A DNA stretch of 64,000 nucleotides. Source: Vicugna vicugna. Lineage: Eukaryota. The notes under the pieces are model-generated. The model saw only the letters and a list, made by a program, of their open reading frames with translations, made no database searches and was not told where the DNA came from. The translations under genes were made by a program, and so were the position numbers. Location of the stretch: NCBI GenBank assembly GCA_013265495.1, contig MU058337.1, forward strand, positions 4,148,880 through 4,212,879, in the 5' to 3' direction. This document shows, one piece after another, positions 1-12,611 of the stretch. How positions within the stretch are numbered: position 1 is the first letter of the stretch; every line of letters begins with the position of its first letter.

Positions 1-214
1 TGGTGCTTGTGGCTCGTACGTGCGTCTGTGTCTGTGTGCCCACAGTCTGCTCTTCTTGCAAGGACACCAGTCATATCAGGTTTAGGGCTCACCCTACTCT
101 AGCACGACCTCATCCTAACTTGATTACATCTGCAAAGACCCTATTTCCAAATAGAGTCACATTCACAGGTTCTGGGTGGACACGAGTTTTGGAGGGGCAC
201 GATTCAATCCAGTA
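1..214 (-). mobile_element. MaLR LTR (MLT1A/B/C-like), partial, runs off window start
   Basis: Typical MLT1 text: 'aaggacaccagtcatat...acctcatcctaacttgattacatctgcaaagaccctatttccaaatagagtcacattcacaggttctggg...attcaatcc'. Confidence 0.85.
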
Positions 215-602
215 GAGGGGTCATCTCCAGAGAGATGGCCACCTGTTCCTCTGGGCTGCTTCAAAGGACATAAATGTTGGAAACTCAAAGCAATAGGAGA
301 GGTGCCACCCTTTGTAATGAACGGTGTGGCCCAGTCGCCTGCAGCTGCCCCGGCTGCAACAGTCTGGGTGCACAGTCACTGCATGTCAGCTGTCCTCGTT
401 CTGCTTCTGTATCTCAAAAGCAGCTTTGACAGTAAGCAGTTCTCTACTACTTATGGGGCTACCTTTTAGGAGAAATTAACACAGGGTTTAGGATTCCCAG
501 ACTGGGACCCACCTGACTACTTCACCTCCCCGCCAGCCTTGCCAACAAGAACATGTTGACAGCCACAGCTCCATCCTCCAGGGGTTGGCGGACGGATAGT
601 TT

Positions 603-1180
603 TGGATACAGAAGCTCAAAGTCTCAGTTATAACGTAAGTTCTGGGGATCTAACGTACTGTGTGGCAATTACAGTTAATAATACTGTATTGTGTACTGAT
701 ATTTGCTAAGAGACTAAATCTTGTGTTCTATCATAAATGAAAAAGACAATTGTTAACTGTGAGATGATGGATGTGCTAATGTGACTATGGTAATCTTTTC
801 ACGGTGAATATATATATCAAACCGCCATATTGTGTATCTTAAAAAAATCATCTTGAGATTTGCAGATACTAAGTACTATATATAAAATAGATAAATAACA
901 AGTTTATATTGTAGAGCACAGGGAACTATCTTTAATATCTTGTAGTAACTTACGGCAAAAAAGAATATGAAAATGAATATATGTATGTTCCTATGTGACT
1001 GAAGCACTGTGCTGAACACCAGAGTGACACAACATTGGAAACTGACTATACTTCAATAAAAATATTTTTTAAAAAGGGAAATACACATCACAAAAAAAAA
1101 ATCATGTTGTGCAACCTAAGTATGTACAATTCTTATTTGAAAATCATACCCTCAATAAAGCTGAACAAGCAAATAAATAC
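603..1180 (+). mobile_element. Old L1 3' end (L1MA/L1MB-like), interrupted by a younger L1 fragment
   Basis: 'aagttctggggatctaa...acagttaataatactgtattgtg...tttgctaagaga', resuming at ~1101 with 'atcatgttgtgc...cctcaataaagctg'. Confidence 0.8.
852..1094 (+). mobile_element. 5'-truncated lineage-specific (camelid/cetartiodactyl-type) L1 3' end
   Basis: 'tatataaaatagataaa...gcacagggaactat...gactgaagcac...aactgactatacttcaataaaa' with A-rich tail; candidate TSD aaaaaaatcat at 841-851 and 1095-1105. Confidence 0.85.
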
Positions 1181-3104
1181 TTTTTTTGAAACTCAGAAAG
1201 ATGCTCACATCGCTGCATTTCAGAGAACGGCCCTGAATAATCCCAGGGATGGAGACCGTGGGGCTGTCCACTGCTCTCCAGCCCTAGCGACCCCCTCGTT
1301 CCCACATCCCGGATCCTCCCTGAAGGTCCAGTTCAAGAGAGCAACCCTAAGGGCCGCTCATCATACGGCAGATCTAGTGAATCATGTGAACTGACACAAG
1401 CTCATTTTCAAGAGAATCGATCCGGGGAGAAGAGGGTCTTTGGGGTTGTGGTGGGCTCTGATAGACAGCAGCCCTCCAACTGTAGGAGGATGGTACCACA
1501 TGGTGGTCAGTCCCTTGGAATGAAGAAGGGAGAAAGGGGCCAAGATCCGCATTGAGCTGGAAGCCTCTGCTCTTTTGCAGTCAGCAACTATAGGACCCTC
1601 AAGCCAGGGGCAGGCGGGCCAGCTCCTAATAAAAAACCCAGGGTGTCTCCTCTGCCTTTGAACGATTTTTACCCAGCCCTCAACTGCGAATGGGAGTCGG
1701 GGGTCAGAACTGCAGGTCACCGTAGGAGCAGAGGCTGCCGATGGCCCCATCTCTGGGGCCCCAGGACAACCATCAGGCCTTGAGGAAGCCCTGCCTCCCT
1801 TTCCTGGCAGGTTGGATGCTGAGACTCCAACAAGAGGTGAGGTCTAAACCTGGAGTTGGCAGAATGGCCCCAAAACTGAAAGGAAAACCAAAGGCCAGAT
1901 CCCAGTGAGGGTGGCCGCTGGGAGCAAGAAGTCATTCAGAAGCTGGGACGCGAGCATGAGGACCAAGTCCACAAGGTAAGGGACTTGGGGGATCTGCACC
2001 ACTGGGGTCAACAAACAGCGCTGCCCTAAGCGGGGAGTGGAGGGAGTGGGGGCGGGGAGGCCCAGGCCCAGACATCACGGAGAAGCTGAGGGCAGGGCGG
2101 GGCATCCTAGGGCCCCCTCTTTGTTTCCTATGAAGTCATTTCTCAAACTTAGAGGCTCTGAGACTCCACCAGTCAGTCGTAAGGGGAACGACGTACTGTC
2201 TTCGCCATCCATTTATATTTGTCCAAATATGTACGTCAGCTTCCTCTGCCTATGCACCTTACTAAGAAGTGGCAAGAAGTCGGGACCCAGATTTTTGTAA
2301 AACGGCCATTTCTGCACATCTCACTGGGACACTGAATGAGGGAAAGGAACAACGAGGTGATTGTTTTCACAGCAAAATGCAGTTTTTCCTCCTTTACTTC
2401 TGGATTCTTGGCACTCGGTTCCTTCTGGCACTGCCCCCCCACCAGCGGCCGACCCCACCCCTGTTATCATAATTCTGTTAAGACTCGAGTCTTCCATCTA
2501 ACTATAGATTTCCTTCCTCTCTGGGAAGGAGTGTTCCAGGACCCCAAATGTAATACTAACTGGCTTAAACAATCTCACAGTCATGCACCAAAAACTGATA
2601 GAAATCTATTCACAAGATGGGAAGTCATGTTACAATTTAATCCTTCCCTATCCCTCTGCCAGGCGCTTCATGTCGTAATCCTAGACTCTAGGGTCTCCAC
2701 ACAAGGGATGTGATGTTTGGTCAGCCAGGCAAATGGAAAGACATGGTAAAGAGTTCTGCCTCTATTCAACCAAGAATACCGATAAGGCAGCGGTTTTCTG
2801 CTCATGGTGCCCCAAAGCATGACTGTGCTTAAATTCTCTTTAAGTGTCCAAAGGGAAATGCTGATGCAAATGAATCATGTGTTTCTTTTAAAAATTTGCC
2901 ATGTAACTTTGCAGGAAACGTAAACCCCGTAGAGTAAACGAGTAAAACATATCAACATATCAACAAATATTTATTGTGCATTGTTTGTGCCCTAAGCATA
3001 CTACTAGGCCTGTTTATGGAACAAACCTAGTAAAAATTATATACCACCATGTCCAAACCCCCAAGAAGTACATTTTTTTCTAATTTCCATGAAGAGACAA
3101 CTGG

Positions 3105-3490
3105 CATAAAAGCAACGGAAGAAATCACAAAGGAAAAGATAGACTGGCTTGACTGCATGAAAATGTAAACCTCCTGTTTCTCAAAGCACAAACTTGTCAG
3201 ACGATGAGCAACAAAGTGAAAAATACAAAATTATTAGGATGCACCGAGGATAAGCCCTTTGACATGGGATGAGGTGATGAAGCATGTTAAGACACGCAGA
3301 TTCGGTAGATAAATGGTGCACGAACATTATGTTCACAACTGAGGACGTGTAATAATTTATAAATATTTGAAAAAAATTAACCTCAATAATTAATCAAAAG
3401 AAATGAAAATTGAGACAGCAACCAAAAAATTAAAAAAAACACCCAATTAAATTTAGCAATTTTGCCAAGATATTTTTAATGATAACTGAG
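3105..3490 (+). mobile_element. Highly decayed old L1M (L1ME-like) fragment
   Basis: 'aaatcacaaaggaaaagatagactggcttgactgcatgaaaatgtaaac...aatcaaaagaaatgaaaattgagacagca' resembles the ORF2 3' region of old L1. Confidence 0.5.
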
Positions 3491-4071
3491 CAAACACGAT
3501 CTTTCTTGTGCAAAGCTTACAAGTGAGGTAAAGAAACAAATGACTCCCTTATCTCCTAAGTACAGCAACCAAATGGAGGAGAAAAATCCACCTCAATAAG
3601 TAATGGTAGAGAGAACCTCTGAGGAAAAATAACTTTTTTTCATTAACAGAATTGGAGAACGGAAGGTGCTTGGTTGAAGGCAGACTGTAGCCTGGAATCT
3701 GTTCAATCTCCTGAGAAATTAGGGAATAACTTTGACTGGGGGAAGCGGGGAGAAGGGCGCAGGCAGGGGAGAGGCTCTGTGCTGTCTTAAGCATGAACCA
3801 CACGCCCGCAGGTGGCATAGCTGTAAATTCCAGGTGGCTCTGTTTTATGCTGGGCATCATTACAGGCTAAGATAATCAAACCAAAATTATACTAAAACAG
3901 TTCTACAGACAGCCAGTGCTAGGAGGCTTGGGCACCCGGCTCTCTGCTGATAGGACTTAATCTGTTGGATTTTAGAATATCAGAAGACACAAATGGACTG
4001 CACAGGCTTCTAAACACCCCCAATTGAGTTTCCAAAAATATCCTGTGGTGCCTTTATCAAGGTGGTAGTGT

Positions 4072-4606
4072 TACTCGGGCCCAAGGCAGATCGCCTTGAA
4101 GAGGCATACTGATTATTTTGAATTAAAATACTCAAGAAATGGCCGATGCAAGGGGGACACTTTGACCCTCTTCTCTGTCTTCCTGAAAGAGGGAACTAAA
4201 TCTCCCACATGAAAGGTCCTGTCCTTGCATCTGGAGATAGAAGGATACCCATCACCAGAGACAGGGAATTCAGGGCAGAGAAGCCCATACAGACAAACCT
4301 GGGTACTTCTTTAATTGATGACCCCAAGCCCAAACTCTGTTTAGATTCTTCACTAATTAAGCACTCAAAGTCTAAATTTCTTCGTCCTATCAATTTCTCA
4401 CAAATTTAATATTTCTTTGTCTAAAAAATATAAAAGCTGCCTTCTCTGGCCACTTCTTAAGTCCCATGTCTATGAGACCTCCATGCATACAAATTAAAAT
4501 TTGTTTCCTTTCCTTGGGTTAATCTGTCTTGTGTCAATTTCATTAGTAATTCAGCCACAAGAACTAAGAAGTCGGGGTGGGGGGGAACATTTCCCCCTTC
4601 TGAACA
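4072..4606 (+). mobile_element. Solo LTR, probably ERV1 class
   Basis: ~535 bp ending in CA; TATA-like aatataaaag ~4427; ATTAAA ~4493; U5-like 'ggttaatctgtcttgtgtcaattt'; flanked by gtgt at 4068-4071 and 4607-4610 (candidate TSD). Confidence 0.7.
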
Positions 4607-5789
4607 GTGTTGTTCATCAGGCACAAACCTGTATGCCTTACCCATCGTGCCAGGGGTAAAGCTGACAGCTCTTCTGAAAACTGCGGAGCTTAACGAGGAG
4701 TCATGCTTAATGAGAAACCACAGCCCCTCTCTGAGCAGATGAGCCCAGGCAAACTCGCAAGCAGAACAAAGAATCTCCTTCAAGTACTCCCATGATCATA
4801 AAAACAAATGAGCGTCCCAGAAGCCAGCGTTCTACCCCATCTCATGCTCACATTTCAGCCTAGAAAACTTTGAAAGTAGATGCTCAAAGAAAAATGTCGA
4901 CACCATGGCCCTACACCTTGCTCAGAGCAATGAGAAGCACCCCCTTCCTAAGCAAGCCAGAAAGTGACTCTCCAGGGTACGAAATCCTTGTTGGATTCTT
5001 TCTCGTGGCCAACTAAATGTTGGAGAAGGAGTCCTCAAAAACAGTAACTTTGGTTTGAGAATATTTATCTGCGGCCCTTCTTTCTGGCGATAATTGGCTT
5101 TTAGGGTCATCATGCATCTTGTAGGGCACTCTTGGTTCAAGACAATAAAAGCCTAACACCATGCAAGACTTCCTGGTTCTGAACGAGAAGGGAAGTTAAC
5201 GAACCCTCTCCAAAGTAGTGTGTGCTCTTTAAGAAACTAATTTAAAAAGCATTCTTTTTTAACACACATTTAAAAGTTTTACATTTCCTTCTGGCAGGAT
5301 TCCTTAGCATGTTTGAATATAACTATGGATTTATATTCATGCAGTTTAGTCCAAAACCAAAAGCTACAAAATCAAAGCCTGAGAAAAAGTCAATAGAAAA
5401 CATATATGTCTGTCATTAATTCCAGAATACTATTTTCCAAGAGAGTGAAGAGGATAATGGGAGATCAGGACAGAAACATCATGTCTCAAGTCTAACATGT
5501 TCCTCATGAAAAGCCCTGACCCGTGAAAACCAGGCTTGTAGTTCTTTAAACAAGCAGCTAACAAGCCATTATAGTGAGATGTTCAATAAGCAAGTGAGTC
5601 TGTAATTTGACAGGATGGAAAGTGTATTGACTTTTAAAATAAGACAAACTACATTTCAGACAAACATGTTACTGAGAATGGAATCCCAGCATTGAGTAAT
5701 TCCTCAAAAGTTCTGTAGATAAATCATTGGTTCCTCCTGAGCATATTATTAAACTTGATTTTTTTCATCAGGAGGTGATCAGAATCTTG

Positions 5790-6620
5790 AACTTTGCACG
5801 TTCAAAATGGAGATTCTTACCTCTTCACCTTTGCCTCCAAATATGTTCCTCCTCCATCTTTCATATATCATGGAATGGTAGCATCACCCCTACAGTTGCT
5901 CAGGCCAAAAATTGACTCTTATTCCCACACCCCACATCCAGCTCTTGGCAAATTCCATTGGTTCTCCCTTCAAGATCATTTCTACCATCCTAATCCAAGA
6001 TCCCAGTTCCTCTCACCTTGACTGTGAAATTGCCTCCTAACTAGACTTCCTGCTCCGAGTCTTTGTCCACCTTCAGACAAAATGATGCACAGAGCCAAGA
6101 GCTGCTATTAATAGCTCAAGTAAGATTATGTCTCTCTTTAGCCCACCAAATCCCCTGTATCTTTCTATTACTCTCAGAATAAAACCCAAGCTCCTGACGA
6201 TGGCCTACAACAGCATACCTGATCCATCCACCACCCGCCTCTGAGCTCCCACCTACCTCTGCGTAGACGAACGGCTTGCTTACTCTACTGGAACTACAGT
6301 GTTCTTCTCCCAGATGTCCACCCAGCTCACACCTTCACTTCATCTCAATCCCCACTCAATTGCTCCTCTAAAAAGGACTTTCCCAGCAACCTTCCTTAAA
6401 ATATCCACCTGCAACCTCTACTCCATCACTCTTTATGCTTTTCCCTGCTTTGGGTAGCTCTTATCACTACCATGTATATATCTGTTACTCTTTTCTCTAT
6501 TTCCTGCTAGGATGTTAATTCCACAAGTGCAGGATCTTGGCTGTATTCATAGCTGTGTCCCCAGCCTTCTAAGATGTACTCCAAATACAGTGTCCATTCA
6601 ATGAAATATTTGTTGAATAT
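5790..6620 (+). mobile_element. L2 (L2a-like) 3' region
   Basis: 'cagttgctcaggccaaaa', 'cctcctaactagacttcctgc', 'aataaaacccaagctcctgacgatggcctaca', ending 'aaatatttgttgaat'. Confidence 0.8.
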
Positions 6621-7479
6621 TCATGACTTTTAATAAGGACAATTATAAAATGTGGGTCAGATAATTGCAACCTTTACTGTTATCAACTAAAATCCATTCC
6701 ATGTATAAGAATGTACCTTGATGTAGAAAGCAATGTGAAAATAAACATCAAGAGACTAAAATATTTATTACATCAGCTCCATTACATTACGGTCATATAT
6801 TACATCTTGTGTATAATGTAATTAATATGTACAATGTCAATTGCACTATACTTTGCAACATCCACAGCCTCTCTTTCCTCTTTACAATATATTTGTGTGC
6901 TGTCTCACTTGAGCCAGAAAAATAAATGTTTATTTTCACCTTGATATAATAAAAATTTTTACCCTCCTTAGATTTGGTGTTTCGAATTCTGAGAATTTGT
7001 CTTAAGAAAATTATTCAAAACTTGGGCAAAAACATAAGCACAATAAAAAAAAGTGAACAATTTTAAAAGAAAATCTAACAATACCCCCAGAGATTTTAAT
7101 CTCAATCCTCAACCAGTTAAGATGTCCCAACAGGATATTATCTGTTTTAACTGATCAGGGCAGCCCCCAGACTGCTAGATCAACCCCTTATCATTTGGCT
7201 AAACCCAAATCAGAATGTTTTTCAATAGCACACATCTCCATCTTTCTCCTTTGATAATGTACATATACATGTGTTTGACAAGTAATTGAGAAAATGTTAG
7301 AGGCTACACCAGGAAAGAGGGTTCTAAATGGCTTTTTTTTTTGCTATTGAAAAGAAAAACAAAAATATACAAGATACTAGTGCCTATTCCAGATGAAAAG
7401 TGTCACAAATCTCAGAACAGTTACCATTTGGTAGTAACCCAGTTCTAACTAAAGACCAACATAAAAATATATCTGGAGT

Positions 7480-7985
7480 AAAGATATGCAGAGATCAATG
7501 GAACAAAAATGAGAATCCAGAAATAGACCCTTACATTTACAGTCAATTGATTTTTGACAAAGCTTCTAACCCAGTTCTATGCAGAAAGAGCAGTCTTTTC
7601 ATCAGATTGTGCTGGGACAATTATGTATCTGTGTGACACAGAATAAATGTAGACCCTTACCTCGTACCGTACACAAAAATTAACTCAAAATAGATCACAG
7701 ACCTAAATAAAAGTGCTAAAACTACAAAACTTTTAAAAGCAAGCATAGGAGAAAATCTTCATGACCTTGGGTTAGGCAAGGAGTTGTCATATGTGACACC
7801 AACCAAATGATAAATTGGACTTTATAAAAATGAAAATCATTTATGCCTCAAACAATACCATTAAGAAAATGAAATGAGCCACAGACTAAAGACAAATATT
7901 TGCATATCATACATATGACAAAGGACTTGTATTCAGAATATATAAAGGGCCCATACAACTGAAAAATAAAAAGACAGATACCTAT
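7480..7985 (+). mobile_element. Decayed L1 ORF2 C-terminal fragment (L1MA/MB-age)
   Basis: Translation DQWNKNENPEIDPYIYSQLIFDK...SLFIRLCWDN resembles L1 ORF2p (DQWNR...HIY..LIFDK...SLFNKWCWEN); followed by 'acacaaaaattaactcaaaatagatcacagacctaaa'; frame is broken. Confidence 0.9.
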
Positions 7986-8650
7986 AGTCAAATAAGGATG
8001 CTAGAATGAATTTATAAATAGTGCTAAACAGAACATATCTGCAAGGGCAATAGTCACTTGCATTACACCAAACACAATTTGCATTTCTCTGGAAAGGAAT
8101 TTTTTATCTGCATTACCAGTTTTCCAAAAGTTCACTTTCAGCTCCACAGGGTCGTAAAGAATCTTAGTCAAAGGCAAATACAGGCAGAGATAATTCAGAT
8201 GAATGATCAAGTCAAGCACCCACTAAATTTCAAAGCCTTTCACAATGTTGTATCACACAATCACATGAGACTTCTCGTGATAAAAAAAAAAGGATTGAAA
8301 TACTGACTGTGTTAAAATAAAATCTACTAGTTGTTGAACATTTCCTCAAAGTTTTCCCAATATTATATGTATTCATCCAATCTCTGAAAGTTGATTTGGT
8401 TCCAGCTTTGCCTCCCCCAAATATATATCCGATTAAGAATTGGGATTGACAACATGGTTTCCTCAAAAGCACTTCAAAGTGTTGTGCCTCTCAACACCAG
8501 AAATCTAATGAAGGGCTTTTGTGTGCCTAGGAAAACTGCCCAAAGACCCAACCAACATCTCCCTGAATCCTCGTCCACCTGGCTTAGTTAGGTCTAAAAT
8601 CTCTGACCTTCCCTTGCCCAAAATTTGTCCTTTGAATTAAAGGTGAATGT

Positions 8651-8855
8651 GAATTTCAAAATTGTAGAATAGATAAACAAGATTATACTGTATACCACAG
8701 GGAAATATATCCAAGATCTTATGGTAGCTCATGGAGAAAAAAATGTGACAATGAATATACATATGTTCATGTATAACTGAAAAATTGTGCTCTACACTGG
8801 AATTTGACACAACATTGTAAATGATTATGAATCAATAAAAAATGTTTAAAAAAAA
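8651..8855 (+). mobile_element. 5'-truncated young camelid-type L1 3' end
   Basis: 'aatagataaacaagattatactgtata...gaaaaattgtgctctacactggaatttgacacaacattgtaa...caataaaa' with A tail; TSD gtgaatgt at 8643-8650 and 8856-8863. Confidence 0.85.
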
Positions 8856-8917
8856 GTGAATGTCCATGTTGGAAAATTAGAGGCTGTTTCTTCTCAAAGT
8901 AGTCTTAGTCATGCAGC

Positions 8918-9360
8918 ATGAGTAAGTTCTAGAGCTCTATCATGTCCAGTAAGGTGACTATGGTTAGTAATACTGCCTTGCATACTGGAAATTTGCTCAG
9001 AGAGTAGATCTTGAGTGTTCTCAGTACACACACATTGACAAAAAAAGTAACTCTGAAGTGGTAGGTGTGTTAATTAGCTGGACTGTGGTAACCATTTCAC
9101 ATGCACATATATATCAAAACTGCACGGGGGTAGAAGGTATAGCTCAAGTGGTAGAGCACATGCTTAGCATGCATGAGGTCCTGGGTTCAATCCCCAGTAC
9201 CTCCTCTAAGAATAAACCTAATTACCCCCCCCCACTTTCCAAAATAAAATAATTAAATAATACAATAAAAAAAACTGCACATGTGCACCTTAAATGTAGA
9301 CATAATTTTTAGTTGACAATTGTACCTTAATAAACTTGGGGAGAAAAATTAAAAATAAAA
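8918..9360 (+). mobile_element. Old L1 3' end (L1MA9/L1MB-like), interrupted by a SINE
   Basis: 'gagtaagttctagagctct...gtgactatggttagtaatactg...aaatttgctcagagagtagatcttgagtgttctca', resuming as 'caccttaaat...taccttaataaa'. Confidence 0.8.
9126..9270 (+). mobile_element. tRNA-Ala-derived SINE (camelid Vic-1-like)
   Basis: A box 'tagctcaagtggtaga', 'tgcttagcatgca' anticodon arm, B box 'ggttcaatccc', tail 'aaacctaattacc' plus A-rich end; perfect TSD aaaactgcac at 9116-9125 and 9271-9280. Confidence 0.92.
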
Positions 9361-11297
9361 TGAATACCAAAAAGACAAAAAAAAAAAGAAAGATGACAAA
9401 AATATTTTCTTTATTCCAGCTGCCACAGTCCCTCATTTCACTCTTCAAACTTCGCCTGGATATTCCCACTGTACTTCGTGCTTTAGAGTATAGATTGTAA
9501 TCATCTCTGTTTGGCTAGTGCTAAGAAAGAACTAGGACCCAGATCCAACAGGGCCTCCCAGGGGCCTTCACCACATAGTTGCTGGCTGGCAGGATGAAGG
9601 TCACGCTAGTTTAGCGTGAGCCCAGCCCTTGAAGACTTGAAGCAATGGAACAAATATAATTTAGTCCCGATCATTTACGTTTGACAATGAAACACTCATT
9701 GTTATGATTATCACTTAGTATGTATGAGATGTATTTTGTTTCATTCACAAATAAAAACTTGTCAATTGGCATAACTTAACAAGTACAGATGTTTGAGTGG
9801 AGAGATCTCACGGTCCTCACTACAATCACGCTGCCCACGTTAAATGAGATAATATTGGTAGAAGGACTACAGATCATGCAGCCATGTCAAATAATACTGT
9901 TATGTATACCTACATGATGGACCAGTCCCAGTAAGACACAGGGGGATAAGGTAGTTAGCTGCTAACAAGGCCTGTCTCTTTCCACATGAGGCTGTCGTCA
10001 GTTCAAAACCTGCAATAGAGAAAGTGATGCTGAGGGAGTATTCTAGACTGCCTGTCAGGAAAACAAACCCAGCTCAAGACTGAATGACTAAGTGACATTG
10101 ACATGCTGGTAATCAAGTCAGCCCTAGCAAGAACATGAGTTCTGGATCAAAATAATCTATCATGTCTCCATAAAAGAGAGCAAAACTAAGGACGGGTCCC
10201 AGAATATTCCATGTCCTAAAGAAGGTAAGAGGCTCCTTTTAAATAACTTTAACCTCTTTTTATCTAAAGACAAAACAGAAAGCTCTGATATGGACAATTT
10301 GACACGAGCATTTCAATGCTTCTGTATTTATATAGTTGCATAAAAATGGATATGATAAAATGTTAAAAGCATCATTTTTTAATCAATAATTTGAATAACA
10401 GACATTGAACTCCACTCTATGCCTGACCTTATCCCCAATCCCCACCCCAAAGGACAAATTTAGGAATAGGATAAGGTTCAGGAATAGAGCAGTGATACAC
10501 GTTTTGCACATTGCTCAAAATATTTTTTTAAGTAGAGTGTTTCTTGAGCTTTTTTTGAAGAGGCTGAAAACATCTGCAAACAGCCACCCCACAATGTTAT
10601 TTAACCAACCATAGGACACAATCTACAGCCATTCAATCAGAGACTGAATCTCAGAATTTCAGTCTGAGATAGCAAATCAATATTTGCCTTGTAACCTTCT
10701 TCCAATTTCCTTCCTGGGGAATGGACAGGACATTTGAATTTGGTGAAAGATCCTGAATCAGCAGTGAGGACAACATCACCAGAGATGGATGCTCTGTGAT
10801 TGGATTAAACAATATCACCTGCCATAAGCTTAAAAGCTTTATCTGATAAACATAGGAGTCTGATATTGAAAGATGATTAAGGAAATCAGCAGCACGTTAA
10901 ATATTAAGCACTTCTTGGAACGTGGTCACTGTGCTAGAGGTTACTGCATCATCGGAAGTGAATCTTCAAAGGACCTCAAGGTCATTGGCTCTGAGACTCT
11001 GCTGAAGCATAAAGATGTCAAAGTCTCTAGATGGATTCCAGAACTGATGCTAGAAGGAAACATGACTGCTTTGGGGTGCTTTATTTCTCAGATCCCCAGA
11101 TATTTTCTACTCTGTTTCCCTCAAACACCTACAGCCCTTGAGGAAATATGGCTAAATTCATCATCTTGGCAACCTTCAGATTAAGATGCTCTCTTGACTT
11201 TGGATACTGTTCTTATTTGACAATTTTGCTCTCCTTCCTTCCAGAGTATTATCAGATCTCTGGCTCTTTGTGATGCTACAAGTGCTGAGTCTATCTC

Positions 11298-11365
11298 CTT
11301 ATTCTTTAAATATTTATTGAGTACCTACTATGTGCCAGGCACTGTTTTAGACATGAGAGAAGTGA
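11298..11365 (-). mobile_element. L2 3'-terminal fragment
   Basis: 'aaatatttattgagtacctactatgtgccaggcactgttttag'. Confidence 0.7.
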
Positions 11366-11867
11366 ATTCGTGACTAGTGGGCTTTGTCATTTCTTGTTAA
11401 AGCATAGGAAGCTTGACCTCACCCATACTCTACTTTTCCCACGTCAAGTCCATGTTGTGTCTCCACCATGGAGACCGTCTGTCTGTCTGCACTGTTACAG
11501 TGTACCTTGTATCCCTCTAGCCTGCAAGGACTGTCACACCTGCAGCACCTAATTGCCCTCCTCGAATAATAACTGTCAAACTTACTAGCTTCCATTTCAG
11601 GAATTTCCATCTCAACGACCAACCAGTAGAGTCATTTCCAACCCTCTACGTGCTACATCCAACCTTCTGCCCACCTTCTCAAATGTGTCCACTCCAACTT
11701 TCCACCACCATGATCTCCATTTAAGTCATGACAAAATAATATGTCTTAGTAATTTAAGACACAATTAGAACTTATAAATTGACCCTAGTAACACTAAAAA
11801 TAGGCTCTTCCCTTGAGGATCCATATATACAAAAATGCTTGCCTGCCACCTCTGTATCACTCAAGAA

Positions 11868-12036
11868 CACTCTTCTCCTTCCTCATTTCCTCTCCACTGC
11901 TTCCTCCTCTTCCTCTTCTTCTTCCTCCTACTCCTCTTCTTCCTTCTGTTACTTCTCTTCTTAATGTTCCTCCTTCCTTTCCTCCCTCACATTTCCCTCT
12001 TCCCTCTCTTCCTCCTCTTTTTTCTCCTCCTCCTTC
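11868..12036. repeat. Low-complexity polypyrimidine (TCC/TTC/CT) tract
   Basis: ~170 bp almost entirely C/T on the + strand. Confidence 0.9.
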
Positions 12037-12611
12037 ATAGAGAACATCCTGAAAGCCCAAATGCTCTATAAAAGTGTTTGCATTACCTCTAGAATTATTT
12101 TAAAACCATCATTGTTATGGCATCAACATGTTACAAAATACTTGTATTTTGAAAATACACTTTATGTGCTTATGCCCGAAAGAAATTTCCATGTTTCTGA
12201 TATGAATTTAAGTGCTTATGTTCATTACTCCACTCTGTATTAGTGTAGATGACTTCTAATGAGTAGCGTAGCTTAGTAAATGGTCATCAATACTCACTAC
12301 TTGTAGGGTGGAAGGTAAGACACAGGACCAGAAGATGGAGAGGACACCTGTCTGCCTGTTCTGCCACTTGAATGAGAGCTGATGACTTGGAAGATAGAAG
12401 AAACTCTTCAAAAGAAAAATAAAAGAAACTAGTAAGCAAAGACTTTTCATCTTGGTTTCAAGTGGTGTGGGATTGTTGGATTCAGGGAAAAGGAGGTTAG
12501 AGGAATTTTTTGAGAGGTGAGGTGTTCTTTTATTTGTTTGTTTTTATTAGCTAGAACACAGGACCCAGAAAACCAGATTTAAGTCTTGGATGGTTTGGCT
12601 TGTTTCTAACA

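Noticed and set aside
7400..7636. ORF as a host gene exon
   Set aside because: It is a decayed L1 ORF2p fragment.
9126..9210. tRNA-Ala(AGC)-like gene (also at 25870 and 32239)
   Set aside because: Shared non-tRNA tail, A-rich end, TSDs and divergence among copies show these are SINEs, not tRNA genes.
11779..12071. Ser-, Pro-, Leu/Phe- and Gly/Arg-rich ORFs (apparent transmembrane peptide)
   Set aside because: Artefacts of the polypyrimidine low-complexity tract.
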